A stretch of 64,000 nt of DNA from an uncultured Methylomarinum sp. (GCA_964397365.1 CAYNIU010000001.1:16320-80319), one strand, 5' to 3'. Shown: positions 31,381 through 42,648, counted from the stretch's first letter. Notes: generated by a model not told the origin, from the sequence alone. Made by a program: numbers and translations.

Positions 31381-32029
31381 GGCGTGCCGATAACCAATAG
31401 GTAAAGGAAATGGTCATTATCGAAAACAGCAACAGACTGAACGACATGATGGAAGCCGCTTGTTCGTCAAATGCCTGTGTCCGGTCATAGATAGCAATGG
31501 AAATCGTTTGTGTTTCAGCCGGTATGTTACCGCCGATCATTAGTACGATGCCGAATTCACCCAGTGTATGCGCAAATGTCAGGATCATTGCCGAAACAAT
31601 GCCGGGCCAGGCCAGCGGCAATTCAATTTTCCACAACACGCGACCGGGGTTCATGCCGCAACAGGCGGCCGCTTCACGAATTTCTCGCGGAATTGCGGCA
31701 AAAGCTCTTTGCATGGGCTGGATGGTGAAAGGAAGATTGAAAATAATGGAGGCCAGCACCAGTCCCTGAAAATTAAAAACCAGTGTGGCGCCAAAGGTTT
31801 GTTGCAGCCAAAGTCCCAGCCCTTGCATCGGGCTGAAGGCCACCAGCAGATAATAACCGAGTACGGTGGGTGGTAACACTAACGGTAATGCCAGCAAACT
31901 CTGGATAAGCGATTTGCCGAAAAAGTGCCGATAAGCCAGCCAGCGTCCCAATACGATTCCCACGGGCAACAGTAACAGTAATGTGACCAGGCTCAGTTTG
32001 ATAGATAAGATTAATGCCGTCCAATCCAT
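31352..32029 (-). CDS. modB: Molybdate ABC transporter permease
   Basis: LPLVLPPTVLGYYLL, FAHTLGEFGIVLMIGGNIP. Confidence 0.95.
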   Translation of the reverse strand: MDWTALILSIKLSLVTLLLLLPVGIVLGRWLAYRHFFGKSLIQSLLALPLVLPPTVLGYYLLVAFSPMQGLGLWLQQTFGATLVFNFQGLVLASIIFNLPFTIQPMQRAFAAIPREIREAAACCGMNPGRVLWKIELPLAWPGIVSAMILTFAHTLGEFGIVLMIGGNIPAETQTISIAIYDRTQAFDEQAASIMSFSLLLFSIMTISFTYWLSARHENSKQSAG

Positions 32030-32036
32030 GGTATTT

Positions 32037-32813
32037 CTAAAAGCGGCTATAACCGTAACGGTTTAAAATTTGCTGTGCTTTATGCTGTTGCATATATCGG
32101 TAAAACAATTTTGCCGTGTCACCAGCCCGATTTAACAACACCATGGTTTGTGCCAGCGGTTGGTGAAATGCTTGCGGTATCAAAACAAAACGGATCTTAT
32201 TTTTAAGTTGCGGAGCCAATGCCAGAAAATAGGAGACCAGACCGACTTGTGCGGCGCCGGAGGCCGCAAATTGAGTCGCTTGCGCAACGTTCTCACCCAG
32301 TACCAGATTAGACTGAATTGACGACCATAGTTGCCGATGCTGCAGAACTTCCCGTGCCGCTACACCATAGGGAGCCAGTTCCGGGTTGGCAATGGCGAAA
32401 TGTTTCAGCCTCCCTGTTTGCAAGGATTGACGAATTCCCTGTAATTGCTCATCCAGCGTTAATGGTGACGCTACTGTCGTCAGTAAAACCAGTCTGCCTA
32501 AGGCATAAACGAATTTCTGGTCTTGCGCCAGTTTTTGTTGTTGCAGTTGCTCGACATACGCTGTATTGGCTGACAAAAACAATTCAAAAGGGGCGCCTTG
32601 TTGAATTTGCCGGGTCAGATTACCGGAAGAAGCAAAGCTTAAACGCACACTTTTACCGGTATCCTGCCGAAATGCGTCAGCAATATCCTGTAATGCAAGC
32701 TTGACGCTGGCGGCAGCGGCAATTATGGGTATTTCAGCAGCTTGTACGCTGGCGTAGTGTATTAGCAGCACAAATATAAGAAGTCGTTTAATAAAATACA
32801 ACTTTATCTCCAT
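32037..32813 (-). CDS. modA: Molybdate-binding periplasmic protein
   Basis: AAAASV, SFASSGNL..QIQQGAPF, IANPELAPYG, LGENVAQA. Start placed before the signal peptide. Confidence 0.93.
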   Translation of the reverse strand: MEIKLYFIKRLLIFVLLIHYASVQAAEIPIIAAAASVKLALQDIADAFRQDTGKSVRLSFASSGNLTRQIQQGAPFELFLSANTAYVEQLQQQKLAQDQKFVYALGRLVLLTTVASPLTLDEQLQGIRQSLQTGRLKHFAIANPELAPYGVAAREVLQHRQLWSSIQSNLVLGENVAQATQFAASGAAQVGLVSYFLALAPQLKNKIRFVLIPQAFHQPLAQTMVLLNRAGDTAKLFYRYMQQHKAQQILNRYGYSRF

Positions 32814-32851
32814 CCGACTAAAATTAACCTGGAATCTAAATATGCAGACAG

Positions 32852-33313
32852 TTATTTTCGCCACGGCATAATAGGCACAGTCGATAAACTGTTGGCTGGG
32901 GCGCCATCAATTAATTTTCGACTGATAGCGACATAAATCAAGGTATTTCGCTGAGCATCAAATAACCGGATAACACGAGTTTCTTTAAAAAAAATCGAAG
33001 TATCTGCGGAAAAAGCAGTTTCCTGGTTGAGTAGTTTTTCTTTAATTACGATAGGGCCGACCTGACGACAGGCAATCGAAAATTGAGAAGGGTCTTCTGC
33101 TAAACCAAAAGTACCGGCAATCCCGCCTTTTTTAGCCTGACTGACGTGACAGCTGACACCTTGCACTTTGGGGTCATCAAATGCCTGTACACAAACCTTG
33201 TGATTAGCTCCGATGAGCTTCCAGGAGGTGGTAATGCAGCCAATTCTTTCGGCATTGACGGTGTTACATACAAAATAGAGTGGTAATAGATAAGCAAAAA
33301 AGTAGTTTTTCAT
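32852..33313 (-). CDS. creA: CreA family protein
   Basis: AFDDPKVQGVSCHVSQAKKGG...GLAEDPS..SIACRQVGP. Confidence 0.92.
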   Translation of the reverse strand: MKNYFFAYLLPLYFVCNTVNAERIGCITTSWKLIGANHKVCVQAFDDPKVQGVSCHVSQAKKGGIAGTFGLAEDPSQFSIACRQVGPIVIKEKLLNQETAFSADTSIFFKETRVIRLFDAQRNTLIYVAISRKLIDGAPANSLSTVPIMPWRK

Positions 33314-33617
33314 TTGAATCAGGAGAACATTTTTGGAGATTTGATTGTATCAGCAATGTGCATAGCAGGTTTGGTAACCGTATCTGCTATGCATATGTTG
33401 TACACTTTATGTCTGCTACTTGTATTCAACACAACAGCAAGGTAATGAATTTGTAGAGTTTAATGTGTATGCTACAAATAGAATGACTGAAAGAGTAAAT
33501 ATTTTTTAATTTTACCCAGGATAAAAGTAATTATTGGACTAAACTTGCAGTAATGATAAATAATAAGCGGCGAATTCAGAATTCACTAACAAAGTAACAG
33601 AAATTTAGGAGAAAGTT

Positions 33618-33980
33618 GTGGCAAGTATTCTTGCAGTTGACGATTCAGCTTCAATGAGACAAATGGTCTCGTTCACATTAAAAGGCGCTGGCTATACGGT
33701 TGTTGAAGCCGTGGACGGCGTTGATGCGTTAAATAAAGCAAAATCGCAGACATTTGATTGCGTGGTGACTGATGTCAATATGCCGAATATGGACGGCATT
33801 ACTTTAATTAAGGAATTGCGTGCGTTACCAAATTATAAATTTACGCCACTGTTAATGCTGACAACCGAATCAGGAATGGATAAAAAACAGCAAGGAAAGG
33901 CGGCCGGGGCGACAGGCTGGATTGTAAAACCGTTTAATCCGGATCAGTTGTTGAAAACTATCAAGAAAGTTCTTGGTTAA
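33618..33980 (+). CDS. cheY: Chemotaxis response regulator CheY
   Basis: VDDSASMR, TDVNMPNMDG, LTTES, GATGWIVKPF. First gene of the che cluster. Confidence 0.93.
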   Translation: MASILAVDDSASMRQMVSFTLKGAGYTVVEAVDGVDALNKAKSQTFDCVVTDVNMPNMDGITLIKELRALPNYKFTPLLMLTTESGMDKKQQGKAAGATGWIVKPFNPDQLLKTIKKVLG

Positions 33981-34023
33981 CCACTAACCTTATTGTGTAT
34001 GGCTAAACGCAGCAGGTAGAACT

Positions 34024-36108
34024 ATGTCAATTGATATGGCCCAGTTTCATCAGGTATTTTTCGAAGAAAGTTTCGAAGGCCTGGATGCAATGGAGTCAGG
34101 GTTGCTGAATTTGGATATGGGCGATGTTGATGTCGAAGAAATTAATACTATATTCAGAGCCGCTCATTCGATAAAGGGAGGAAGTGGTACATTCGGCTTT
34201 ACCTCAGTTTCGGATTTTACGCATGTGATGGAAACACTGCTTGATGAAATGCGGGATGGACGTCGGCAAATTACGCAATCCGCTATCAATGTTTTATTGG
34301 GATCAGTTGATTGTTTGCGGGAAATGTTGACGGCCATTCAGGAAAACAGTGATGTTGACGAGCAAAGTGTTGCCGAACAAAAAAAAATGCTGGAACAAGA
34401 GCTTGCGCAGGGGAATGGTGGTAGTGCCGGTACAGCAGTTGAACAGTCAGCATCAGCCCCGGTTGAAACAAACGATTCAGAAAATAGCGAACAGTTGGCA
34501 GAAGGGTGGACAATAGCCTTTAGTCCACACATGGGGATGCTGAAAACCGGTAATGATCCTGTCAGGATATTCAGGGAGCTGGCCGCTCTTGGCGATTTGT
34601 CGGTAACAGCTGATTTTCAGGGGGTTCCTGCGCTTGACCAACTTGAACCAGAAGATTGTTATTTATCCTGGAAGCTGGAAGTAACAGGAGATATTTCATC
34701 AACAGATATTGATGAAATATTTGATTGGGTGGAAGATGAGTGTGATTTTGCCTGTTATCCTTTGCATCCGACTTCAGCCGAATCAGAAGCGACCGTTACC
34801 GAAACGGTTGATACCCCGGAAGATGCTCTCAGTCATGCTAAAAAAACAACTGACAAACAGTCCGATAGCGTATCTGCTAAATCTCCTGATAGCCTTAAAA
34901 AAGAAAACAAAAAAACAACCACAGCGAAAGCCTCCGGTTCTACTGGGTCTATTCGTGTCGATACCGGGAAAATTGACACTCTGATTAATATGGTTGGTGA
35001 ATTGGTTATCACTCAGTCCATGCTGAGTTTGGTGGGTGAACATTTCGAGATTAATAAGCTGGATCAACTTAAGAATGGATTATCGCAGCTGGAACGACAT
35101 ACCCGCGAATTACAGGAAAGCGTGATGAATATCCGCATGTTGCCGATCAGTTTTGTGTTTAGCCGGTTTCCCCGGCTGGTACATGATTTAAGCAACAAAC
35201 TGGGAAAGAAAATTGAACTTAAACTGGTGGGTGAACAAACTGAAGTGGATAAAACTGTCGTTGAATTACTCAGTGATCCTTTGGTTCACTTGGTCAGAAA
35301 CAGTCTTGATCATGGTATTGAAATGCCTGAAGAACGGCTTACCGCAGGAAAACCTGAAACAGGAACGGTGGTGCTGGAAGCCTATCATCGCGGCGGTAAT
35401 ATTGTGATTGAGGTCGTTGATGACGGCAAGGGATTGGATAAGGATAAATTAAGGGCGAAAGCGATCGAAAAAGGATTGATAGATGAAGGCGCTATATTGA
35501 CGGATAAACAGACTTTTGAATTGATTTTTATGCCCGGGTTTTCTACGGCGGAGAAATTGACCGATGTTTCCGGTCGTGGTGTTGGTATGGATGTGGTGAG
35601 AAGAAATATCCAGACACTGGGCGGTAATATTGAAATACATTCCGAGCTGGGCAAAGGCTCAACCATTTCCATTCACCTGCCGTTGACGCTGGCAATTCTC
35701 GATGGACAATCAATTGCCGTGGGTAAAGAACGGTTTATTGTGCCGTTAGGTTCAATTATTGAATCAATTAATGTTACTGAACAGCAACTCAATAAAGTTG
35801 TTGGCAAAGGTGAAACATTCCGTTTGAGGGAGGAATATATTCCCATTGTTCGTATGCATGAGGTTTTTAATGTGAAAGGCGCCCGGGCTACCCGGCTGAC
35901 TGATGGGCTGGTTGTTGTGGTTGAGGGGCAGGGAATGAAATGTGGTTTGTTTGTTGATGATTTATTAGGTCAGCAGCAAGTGGTTATTAAATCACTGGAA
36001 GCAAATTACAGAAAAGTGGAAGGGGTGTCCGGGGCAACGATTCTAGGGGATGGTTCGGTTGCTTTGATTCTGGATATACCGGGTTTGGTGCGTTTATCCA
36101 ATCACTAA
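34024..36108 (+). CDS. cheA: Chemotaxis histidine kinase CheA
   Basis: FRAAHSIKGG, SIRVD, HLVRNSLDHG, SGRGVGMDVV, C-terminal CheW domain. Confidence 0.97.
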   Translation: MSIDMAQFHQVFFEESFEGLDAMESGLLNLDMGDVDVEEINTIFRAAHSIKGGSGTFGFTSVSDFTHVMETLLDEMRDGRRQITQSAINVLLGSVDCLREMLTAIQENSDVDEQSVAEQKKMLEQELAQGNGGSAGTAVEQSASAPVETNDSENSEQLAEGWTIAFSPHMGMLKTGNDPVRIFRELAALGDLSVTADFQGVPALDQLEPEDCYLSWKLEVTGDISSTDIDEIFDWVEDECDFACYPLHPTSAESEATVTETVDTPEDALSHAKKTTDKQSDSVSAKSPDSLKKENKKTTTAKASGSTGSIRVDTGKIDTLINMVGELVITQSMLSLVGEHFEINKLDQLKNGLSQLERHTRELQESVMNIRMLPISFVFSRFPRLVHDLSNKLGKKIELKLVGEQTEVDKTVVELLSDPLVHLVRNSLDHGIEMPEERLTAGKPETGTVVLEAYHRGGNIVIEVVDDGKGLDKDKLRAKAIEKGLIDEGAILTDKQTFELIFMPGFSTAEKLTDVSGRGVGMDVVRRNIQTLGGNIEIHSELGKGSTISIHLPLTLAILDGQSIAVGKERFIVPLGSIIESINVTEQQLNKVVGKGETFRLREEYIPIVRMHEVFNVKGARATRLTDGLVVVVEGQGMKCGLFVDDLLGQQQVVIKSLEANYRKVEGVSGATILGDGSVALILDIPGLVRLSNH

Positions 36109-36126
36109 CTCAAGCATATAGCAACT

Positions 36127-36606
36127 ATGGCAGAAGAAATCGAACAAATCCAAAATGATGTTCAGAAACAGGAAAATGTTAAACAATTTCTTAGTTTTAC
36201 CCTGGGTGATGAAGAGTATGGCGTTGATATTCTCAGTGTTCAGGAAATCAGAAGTTGGGAGCCGGTTTCTCGTATTCCCAATGTGCCAGCCTATGAAAAA
36301 GGGGTGGTGAATCTGCGTGGCTCCATTGTGCCGATCATTGACTTACGAGAGCGCTTTGCCTTGGCGCATCAGCCATATACGGCATTGACTGTTGTCGTGG
36401 TGTTGCAAGCTCATGGTCGGGTTATGGGGGTTGTGGTGGATTCAGTTTCGGATGTCATTGAAGTCGATAAAAAAACCATCCAGAATGCTCCTGATTTTGG
36501 AGCGAAAGTCAGCACTGAATATATTAATGGCCTGACCTCTGTGAATGGCAGAATGGTGATGTTACTGGATGTTGACAAATTATTGAAACTTGAAGATGTG
36601 GATTAA
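36127..36606 (+). CDS. cheW: CheW
   Basis: FLSFTLGDEEYGVDILSVQEIR, GVVNLRGSIVPIIDLR. Confidence 0.95.
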   Translation: MAEEIEQIQNDVQKQENVKQFLSFTLGDEEYGVDILSVQEIRSWEPVSRIPNVPAYEKGVVNLRGSIVPIIDLRERFALAHQPYTALTVVVVLQAHGRVMGVVVDSVSDVIEVDKKTIQNAPDFGAKVSTEYINGLTSVNGRMVMLLDVDKLLKLEDVD

Positions 36607-36662
36607 GATGATGAAGAAAAGGGGCAATATCGACAAAGGCTTGAATATTTTAGGGGGGAATC

Positions 36663-39600
36663 ATGAAAATTAATATGCCAGTGACAGATCATGAAATTTT
36701 GATGAAAAAAGGGACGATATTGGTTACAGAAACCAACCCTAAAGGAATTATCACTAAGGCTAATGAGGCTTTTGTTGAAATCAGCGGTTTTAGTGAAACA
36801 GAATTAATTGGCAGTAACCATAATATAGTCCGTCATCCTGATATGCCGCCGGAAGCTTTTGCCGATTTGTGGAAAACCATCAAACAGGGCAAGCCCTGGG
36901 TTGGCTTGGTAAAAAACAGAGCCAAGAATGGTGACTATTACTGGGTAGAAGCCAATGTAACCCCTATATATGAGAACGGGCGACTGGTTTCTTATCTGTC
37001 TTGTCGATATGCGCCTACGCGGGAGCAGGTACGGGAAGCGGAAATTCTCTATGATAAAATCAAACGCAAGGAAGCATCATTAGAACCCACCGGGTTGCTA
37101 CACAAATTAAATTTTTTTAAAAAATTATCACTCGTTCAGAGAATGGGGTTGACCGGGTTGTTATTGTTGATGCCGGCGATGGCTTTGATGTTTTTATTGT
37201 ATATTGAAAAAAGTAAAAGCATCGAATTTGCGGAAAAGGAGGTGGCTGGGTCAAAATATTTAATGCCGTTAAAAGCCTTTCAGACAGAAGTTGCCAAACA
37301 CAGGGGACTAACCAATATTTTATTTAAAACCGGGCGATCGGAAGTGACCGCAGATATTTTGGCAACTGAAGCCGAAATTGATAACACCATGAAGGCAATG
37401 GATGAAATGGATGCCCTGTATGGAATGGTCTTTAACGCCAGTTCAATCTGGCAGGAGTTAAAAAAAGACTGGAGGAAATTGCAGCTTGACAGCCAGAAAT
37501 TAACGGCAGAACAGAGTTTTGTTCGCCATAGCGAACTCATTAAGAGGGTGTTGGCCTTAATGGTAAAAGTCGGTGACAATTCCAATCTAATTCTGGATCC
37601 TGATTTGGACAGTTATTATCTGATGGATTTGCAGGTCATCAGGCTGCCTGAGCTGATTGAAGCTTTGGGAGTACTAAGGGGATATAGCTCTGGGTTGGCG
37701 GGACAACAAATGTTGAACCGGGAGGAGTTGATCAAAGTGACAGTTTTAAAAGGACGGGTTGAGAAGCTGCTTGCAGAAACATTACATGATATTGAGACGG
37801 CGGTAACTGAGAATACTGCGCTGGATTCGACTTTTAGCACGGATAAAGCACGGTTAAGTCAAGGGATTAAACGGTTTTTGGGACAGGTTAGTGAGTTACA
37901 GGCCGGGGCTGGCTGGAAGGTGACTCCAACCCGGATTTTTGCAACAGGCACCGAAAATATTGCCATGAGCAGTTCGCTGTATGGTTCGGCATCTGAAAAT
38001 CTGCAAATTCTGCTGAGTAACAGAATAGCGGGATTTAACCAAAGTCTATATATAACCCTGGGATGTATTGCATTCATAATAGTTGTTGTTATGATTTTGG
38101 CATCACGGTTGAGCCACTATTTTAAAGAGCAGATTCAGATTATTACCAATACTTTTTATCGCTTGACCGATGGACATTTCAGAAACAAGTTTGATTTTAG
38201 CACTGAAGATGAGTTTGGCGCTTTGTTAATGGCTTTACAAGGCATGCAGGTCAGGATGAATGTTGACCTGGCGGCAACCAGAGATCAGGCGCTTAATACT
38301 GGACGCATTCAGCAGGCACTGGATAATGTCGAGTCCTGCGTTATGGTGGCTAATAACAATTATGAAATCATTTATATGAATAAAACGGTTCTGCAAATGT
38401 TTAAAGATGCCGAATCTGATATTCAAGAGCAATTACCGGATTTTAAGGCTGATCAATTACTGGGTAGTAATATTGATGCTTTTCATAAAAACCCTGCTCA
38501 TCAACGGGAAATGCTGGACAAACTTACTGAAACATTTCGTTCTACCCTGATGATAGGAGGGCATTATATGGATATTGTGGCCAATCCGGTTAAAGACAGT
38601 GGTGGTGAAAGGGTTGGTATTGTCGTCGAATGGCGGGATCGAACACACGAAGTTGAAATCGAAAATGAAATTGCCGGCATTGTTGAAGCGGTCAAGGCCG
38701 GAGATTTAACGCGCCGACTTGAAATGGCCGGTAAAGAAGGTTTTTTCAAAAAACTCAGTCATGGGATTAACCAGCTGAGTGATGTTATTGAAAGTGTTTT
38801 TATTGATGTAAACAGCACCATGCATAGTATTGCCAATGGTGAATTGAACAATCGGATTGAAACGGACTATCAGGGCGTTTATCTGGAATGTAAAAATAAT
38901 ATAAATGCTTCCATTGATAAATTAAGTGAAATAGTCGGGCAAATTAATGAGTCCGCCAGTTTTATCAATAATTCAGCTCAGGAAATTGCCAGTGGCAACA
39001 ATAACCTGTCTCAACGTGCCGAACAACAGGCCTCCGCATTGGAAGAAACGGCATCGAGTATGGAGGAATTAACCAGTACCGTTAAAAATAATGCCGAGAA
39101 TGCACAACAAGCCAATAAATTGTCTAATAATGCCCGGGAACTGGCTGAGAAAGGCGGGGATGTTGTCAACTCTGCGGTTGCTGCGATGCAGGATATTAAC
39201 GAAAGTAGCAATCAAATTGCTGAAATAATCGGCGTTATTGACGAAATAGCTTTTCAAACAAACTTACTGGCATTGAATGCTTCGGTTGAGGCAGCCAGAG
39301 CGGGGGAACAGGGGCGTGGTTTTTCGGTGGTGGCCACCGAAGTGAGAAACCTGGCGCAGCGAAGTGCAACAGCCGCCAGGGAAAGTAAAGAACTGATTCA
39401 GAATAGTGTCCAAAAGGTTAGAGCCGGAACTGAATTTGTTAATGAAACCGGGAATGCCTTGAATGAAATTGTCAATGGCGTTAAGAAAGTTGGAGACATT
39501 GTTGCTGAAATTGCTGCCGCCAGTGCTGAACAATCGGCAGGTATTAGTCAGGTTAATCAGGCGGTAGGAGAAATGGATGAAATCACCCAGCAAAATGCAG

Positions 39601-39851
39601 CTTTGGCCGAACAGACATCAGCTGCTAGCGTTTCCATGAGCGATCAATCAACGGCAATGACACAGTTATTGGCCTTTTTTAAATTAAATGCTTCGGCGGG
39701 AGATCATTCTGCTGGAAACCGCGGTATGGCTGCAACAACTGTCGAGCGGGCTGCCAATACATCGTCAACTGTGAGCAATACAGCGCCACCAGTAAAGAAC
39801 ATCTCAGATAATAGCTTGGGTTCGGCAGATGATGAATGGGAGGAATTTTAA
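36663..39851 (+). CDS. Multi-sensor methyl-accepting chemotaxis protein (Aer-type PAS, periplasmic domain, Aer2-type PAS, pentapeptide tether)
   Basis: [14 protein letters not shown], two TM helices, [11 protein letters not shown]...[34 protein letters not shown]-terminal EWEEF. Confidence 0.93.
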   Translation: MKINMPVTDHEILMKKGTILVTETNPKGIITKANEAFVEISGFSETELIGSNHNIVRHPDMPPEAFADLWKTIKQGKPWVGLVKNRAKNGDYYWVEANVTPIYENGRLVSYLSCRYAPTREQVREAEILYDKIKRKEASLEPTGLLHKLNFFKKLSLVQRMGLTGLLLLMPAMALMFLLYIEKSKSIEFAEKEVAGSKYLMPLKAFQTEVAKHRGLTNILFKTGRSEVTADILATEAEIDNTMKAMDEMDALYGMVFNASSIWQELKKDWRKLQLDSQKLTAEQSFVRHSELIKRVLALMVKVGDNSNLILDPDLDSYYLMDLQVIRLPELIEALGVLRGYSSGLAGQQMLNREELIKVTVLKGRVEKLLAETLHDIETAVTENTALDSTFSTDKARLSQGIKRFLGQVSELQAGAGWKVTPTRIFATGTENIAMSSSLYGSASENLQILLSNRIAGFNQSLYITLGCIAFIIVVVMILASRLSHYFKEQIQIITNTFYRLTDGHFRNKFDFSTEDEFGALLMALQGMQVRMNVDLAATRDQALNTGRIQQALDNVESCVMVANNNYEIIYMNKTVLQMFKDAESDIQEQLPDFKADQLLGSNIDAFHKNPAHQREMLDKLTETFRSTLMIGGHYMDIVANPVKDSGGERVGIVVEWRDRTHEVEIENEIAGIVEAVKAGDLTRRLEMAGKEGFFKKLSHGINQLSDVIESVFIDVNSTMHSIANGELNNRIETDYQGVYLECKNNINASIDKLSEIVGQINESASFINNSAQEIASGNNNLSQRAEQQASALEETASSMEELTSTVKNNAENAQQANKLSNNARELAEKGGDVVNSAVAAMQDINESSNQIAEIIGVIDEIAFQTNLLALNASVEAARAGEQGRGFSVVATEVRNLAQRSATAARESKELIQNSVQKVRAGTEFVNETGNALNEIVNGVKKVGDIVAEIAAASAEQSAGISQVNQAVGEMDEITQQNAALAEQTSAASVSMSDQSTAMTQLLAFFKLNASAGDHSAGNRGMAATTVERAANTSSTVSNTAPPVKNISDNSLGSADDEWEEF

Positions 39852-39859
39852 TGACTGTT

Positions 39860-39882
39860 TGTGGATGTGAATTTATTCGTGC
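39860..39882. repeat. Single degenerate REP copy
   Basis: TGTGGATGTGAATTTATTCGTGC resembles 11762-11784. Confidence 0.45.
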
Positions 39883-39911
39883 TGATATTGTAAATGTTTC
39901 GGGAAAAAATA

Positions 39912-40400
39912 ATGGCAAGTGATGCACGGTCTAATGCTGAAACGGAACAGTTTTTAACCTTTGAACTGGCAAATGAAACCTATGGGGTTGAAATTTTGAA
40001 TGTCCAGGAAATCAGGGGATGGGAAGCCGTCAGGGATATTCCCAATACTCCTGATTATATTAAAGGCGCTTTGAATTTGCGTGGCTCGATTGTGCCGATT
40101 GTCGATTTAAGAGAACGTTTTAATATGGAAAAAACCGAATATTCTCCGACAACGGTGGTGATTGTTCTGTGCATTAATGGTGAAATCGGAAGGCATGTAA
40201 TGGGTATTGTTGCCGATGCTGTATCTGATGTATTGGATGTCAGGCTTAATGATATTAAGGACGCTCCGAATTTTGGCGCTAAAATTGACATTCGTTACAT
40301 GCGTGGCATGTATGTGGCGGAAGAAAAAATGGTGATGTTGCTTAATGTGGATAAATTATTAAATCCCGAAGAATTCAGCGAACTTGAAGGGTTGGGATGA
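39912..40400 (+). CDS. cheW: CheW (second copy)
   Basis: QFLTFELANETYGVEILNVQEIRG, GALNLRGSIVPIVDLR. Confidence 0.95.
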   Translation: MASDARSNAETEQFLTFELANETYGVEILNVQEIRGWEAVRDIPNTPDYIKGALNLRGSIVPIVDLRERFNMEKTEYSPTTVVIVLCINGEIGRHVMGIVADAVSDVLDVRLNDIKDAPNFGAKIDIRYMRGMYVAEEKMVMLLNVDKLLNPEEFSELEGLG

Positions 40401-41158
40401 ATGCAAGGGTGGTGGCCGTTCTTAATCAGAAAGGCGGGGTAGGGAAAACAACAACATCAGTCAATCTTACCCATGCTCTGGCCAGAATGGGGAAAAAAGT
40501 TACGGTGATTGATTTGGATCCACAGGGGCACTTGACCGTTTCGCTGGGTGTTGTAACAAGTAAACAGGGAGGGATTGATGAGGTCATGTTGGGATTGGCC
40601 GATATTGAACGGCAACAGATAATGGTCAGAGAAAATCTGGGGTTGATTGCCGCTGGTTCCCGTCTTCGGGAAATTGAGCAGTTGTCTGAAGGTGGGGCGA
40701 AAAGAGGTGATTTATTACGTCAGGCATTACATGATAATAACCTTGATGCGGATTTTGTGTTTATTGATTGCCCACCCTCATCTGGTGTTCTGGTGGCTAA
40801 TGCGCTGTTTGCAGTGGATGAAATATTGATACCGATGACCAGTGATTTCCTGTCTCTGCAAGGGCTGTCCCATTTGATGGGGACGATTAAACGGTTTGAG
40901 CAGGCGTTAAACAAACAATATAAAATTTTACTGGTTATATCCCGGTATGCGTCAACCAGGCGTATTTCTAAAGAGGTGTTGGCCACTTTACTGAAACACT
41001 TTCCCAGACAGGTTTTGTCCACGGTAATCAGGGAGGCGGCATTATTGGCTGAATGTCCGGGAGCCGGTAAAACCATTCACGAATATCGGCCGGGTAGTCG
41101 TTCGGCAAGAGATTTCAGATGTCTGGCAAATGATTTTTTAGACAGGAAGGTGATGTAA
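40397..41158 (+). CDS. ParA/MinD-family ATPase (chemosensory-array associated)
   Basis: Deviant Walker A NQKGGVGKTT, IDLDPQG, IDCPP. Embedded in the che operon. Confidence 0.9.
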   Translation: MNARVVAVLNQKGGVGKTTTSVNLTHALARMGKKVTVIDLDPQGHLTVSLGVVTSKQGGIDEVMLGLADIERQQIMVRENLGLIAAGSRLREIEQLSEGGAKRGDLLRQALHDNNLDADFVFIDCPPSSGVLVANALFAVDEILIPMTSDFLSLQGLSHLMGTIKRFEQALNKQYKILLVISRYASTRRISKEVLATLLKHFPRQVLSTVIREAALLAECPGAGKTIHEYRPGSRSARDFRCLANDFLDRKVM

Positions 41159-41646
41159 TGGCAGAAAAACAAGAGGACAGTCTCATTGGCTATGATCCGC
41201 TTGCCTGGATGGATGAAGAGACAAATCAGAATGCTGAAAGTCTGTCGTCGTCAAAAACAGAACAGGATCATGAAACCTTGGTTGCAGACAATAAAACCGA
41301 AATCGTAGAAACAGCAGTTGCTGATTGGATAGAAACGGAAGAACAGGATTCTGATGATTCCACAGTTGTATTGGAGTCCGTGCAGAACATTCAAAATATT
41401 TCAGGCTTGTATGATAAATTGCTGGCATTATTTGAACAGACCAACAAAATTGAAATTGATGCTTCGGCTGTTATGACAATTGATACGGCAACTTTACAGT
41501 TGTTGATTGTCTTGAAACAATCCGCGGTCAAAGCGGAAAAAGAAGTAATTTTTGATTTTCCATCGGAACGTTTTATTGAAGCGGCAGAGTTGCTGGGACT
41601 GTCTGAAATGTTAGGCGTCGATACAACGGCGGCCGGTTTTTTTTGA
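41158..41646 (+). CDS. STAS-domain protein with acidic N-terminal extension
   Basis: IDASAVMTIDTATLQLL..AAELLGL STAS. N-terminal GYDPLAWM followed by an acidic linker. Confidence 0.8.
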   Translation: MAEKQEDSLIGYDPLAWMDEETNQNAESLSSSKTEQDHETLVADNKTEIVETAVADWIETEEQDSDDSTVVLESVQNIQNISGLYDKLLALFEQTNKIEIDASAVMTIDTATLQLLIVLKQSAVKAEKEVIFDFPSERFIEAAELLGLSEMLGVDTTAAGFF

Positions 41647-41796
41647 TGCTCATTTCCCCGGTTTCACAGTGTTTTGGATTAAGGTTAATTTATCAGACTG
41701 TTAATTTAAAACAGGCAAATGGAAGGCCACGAATTGTCTGCCGTATTTGTGGACTGGGTATGAGATTAAGGAAGACCGTGAAGACGAGAATAGTGA

Positions 41797-42648
41797 TTGG
41801 AGAAATGGATAATAGTGAAAGAAAAGCAACGTGAATTTGAGTATACCTGGGAAGATTTTAATATACTCCGAAAAATTTCCAATGACCATTCAGGGATTCT
41901 GGTTCCCGATGATAAATTTGATATGTTTTATTCACGCTTATCCAAGCGTGTCAGGATGCTCGGATTAAAAAATTTCAAACAATATTGCCAGTTTTTACAG
42001 GATAACTCTGAAGCGGAATTTACTGAGTTTATCAACGCAGTCACCACAAACCTGACGGCCTTTTTCAGGGAAAACCATCATTTTGAATATCTGAAAAATC
42101 AGGTAATTCCCGAATTATTAAAAAAAAATGCTTCAACAAAACAAATTAAGGCTTGGTCTGCCGGGTGTTCAACCGGAGAGGAACCTTACTCCATTGCCAT
42201 GACTCTCGCAGAACAGGTTCCTTCGGATTGGAATGTAAAAATTTTGGCGACGGATCTGGATACCAATGTATTACAAACTGCAGCTCGTGGTATTTATGCT
42301 ACAGACCGGGTGTCGGGTTTATCCGAGCAACGATTACAGCGATGGTTCAGAAAAGGTAAAGAAGGTAATAGAGGAAAAGTAAAGATTAAGCCGGAATTAC
42401 AACAACGAGTCTATTTTAGACAATTGAATCTAATGCAGGAATGGCCCATGAAAGGGCATTTCGATTTTATTTTTTGCCGCAATGTTTTGATTTACTTTGA
42501 CCGGGAAACGAAAGAATCCCTGGCTAACCGCTATGGAAATTTGTTGATGTTGGGCGCACATTTGTTTATCGGTCACTCTGAGTCTTTGCATCAACTGGAT
42601 ACAGATTTTAAATTGATAGGTAACACTATATATCAAAAAATCAAATAA
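41797..42648 (+). CDS. cheR: Chemotaxis methyltransferase CheR
   Basis: TTNLTAFFRE, WSAGCSTGEEPYS, FCRNVLIYF, GHSESL. Start may be GTG at 41815. Confidence 0.96.
   Translation: MEKWIIVKEKQREFEYTWEDFNILRKISNDHSGILVPDDKFDMFYSRLSKRVRMLGLKNFKQYCQFLQDNSEAEFTEFINAVTTNLTAFFRENHHFEYLKNQVIPELLKKNASTKQIKAWSAGCSTGEEPYSIAMTLAEQVPSDWNVKILATDLDTNVLQTAARGIYATDRVSGLSEQRLQRWFRKGKEGNRGKVKIKPELQQRVYFRQLNLMQEWPMKGHFDFIFCRNVLIYFDRETKESLANRYGNLLMLGAHLFIGHSESLHQLDTDFKLIGNTIYQKIK

Noticed and set aside
33314-33617. ModE box, Moco riboswitch or c-di-GMP riboswitch upstream of creA-modABC or cheY
   Set aside because: No matching consensus recognised by eye. An Rfam/Infernal scan would be needed to exclude one.
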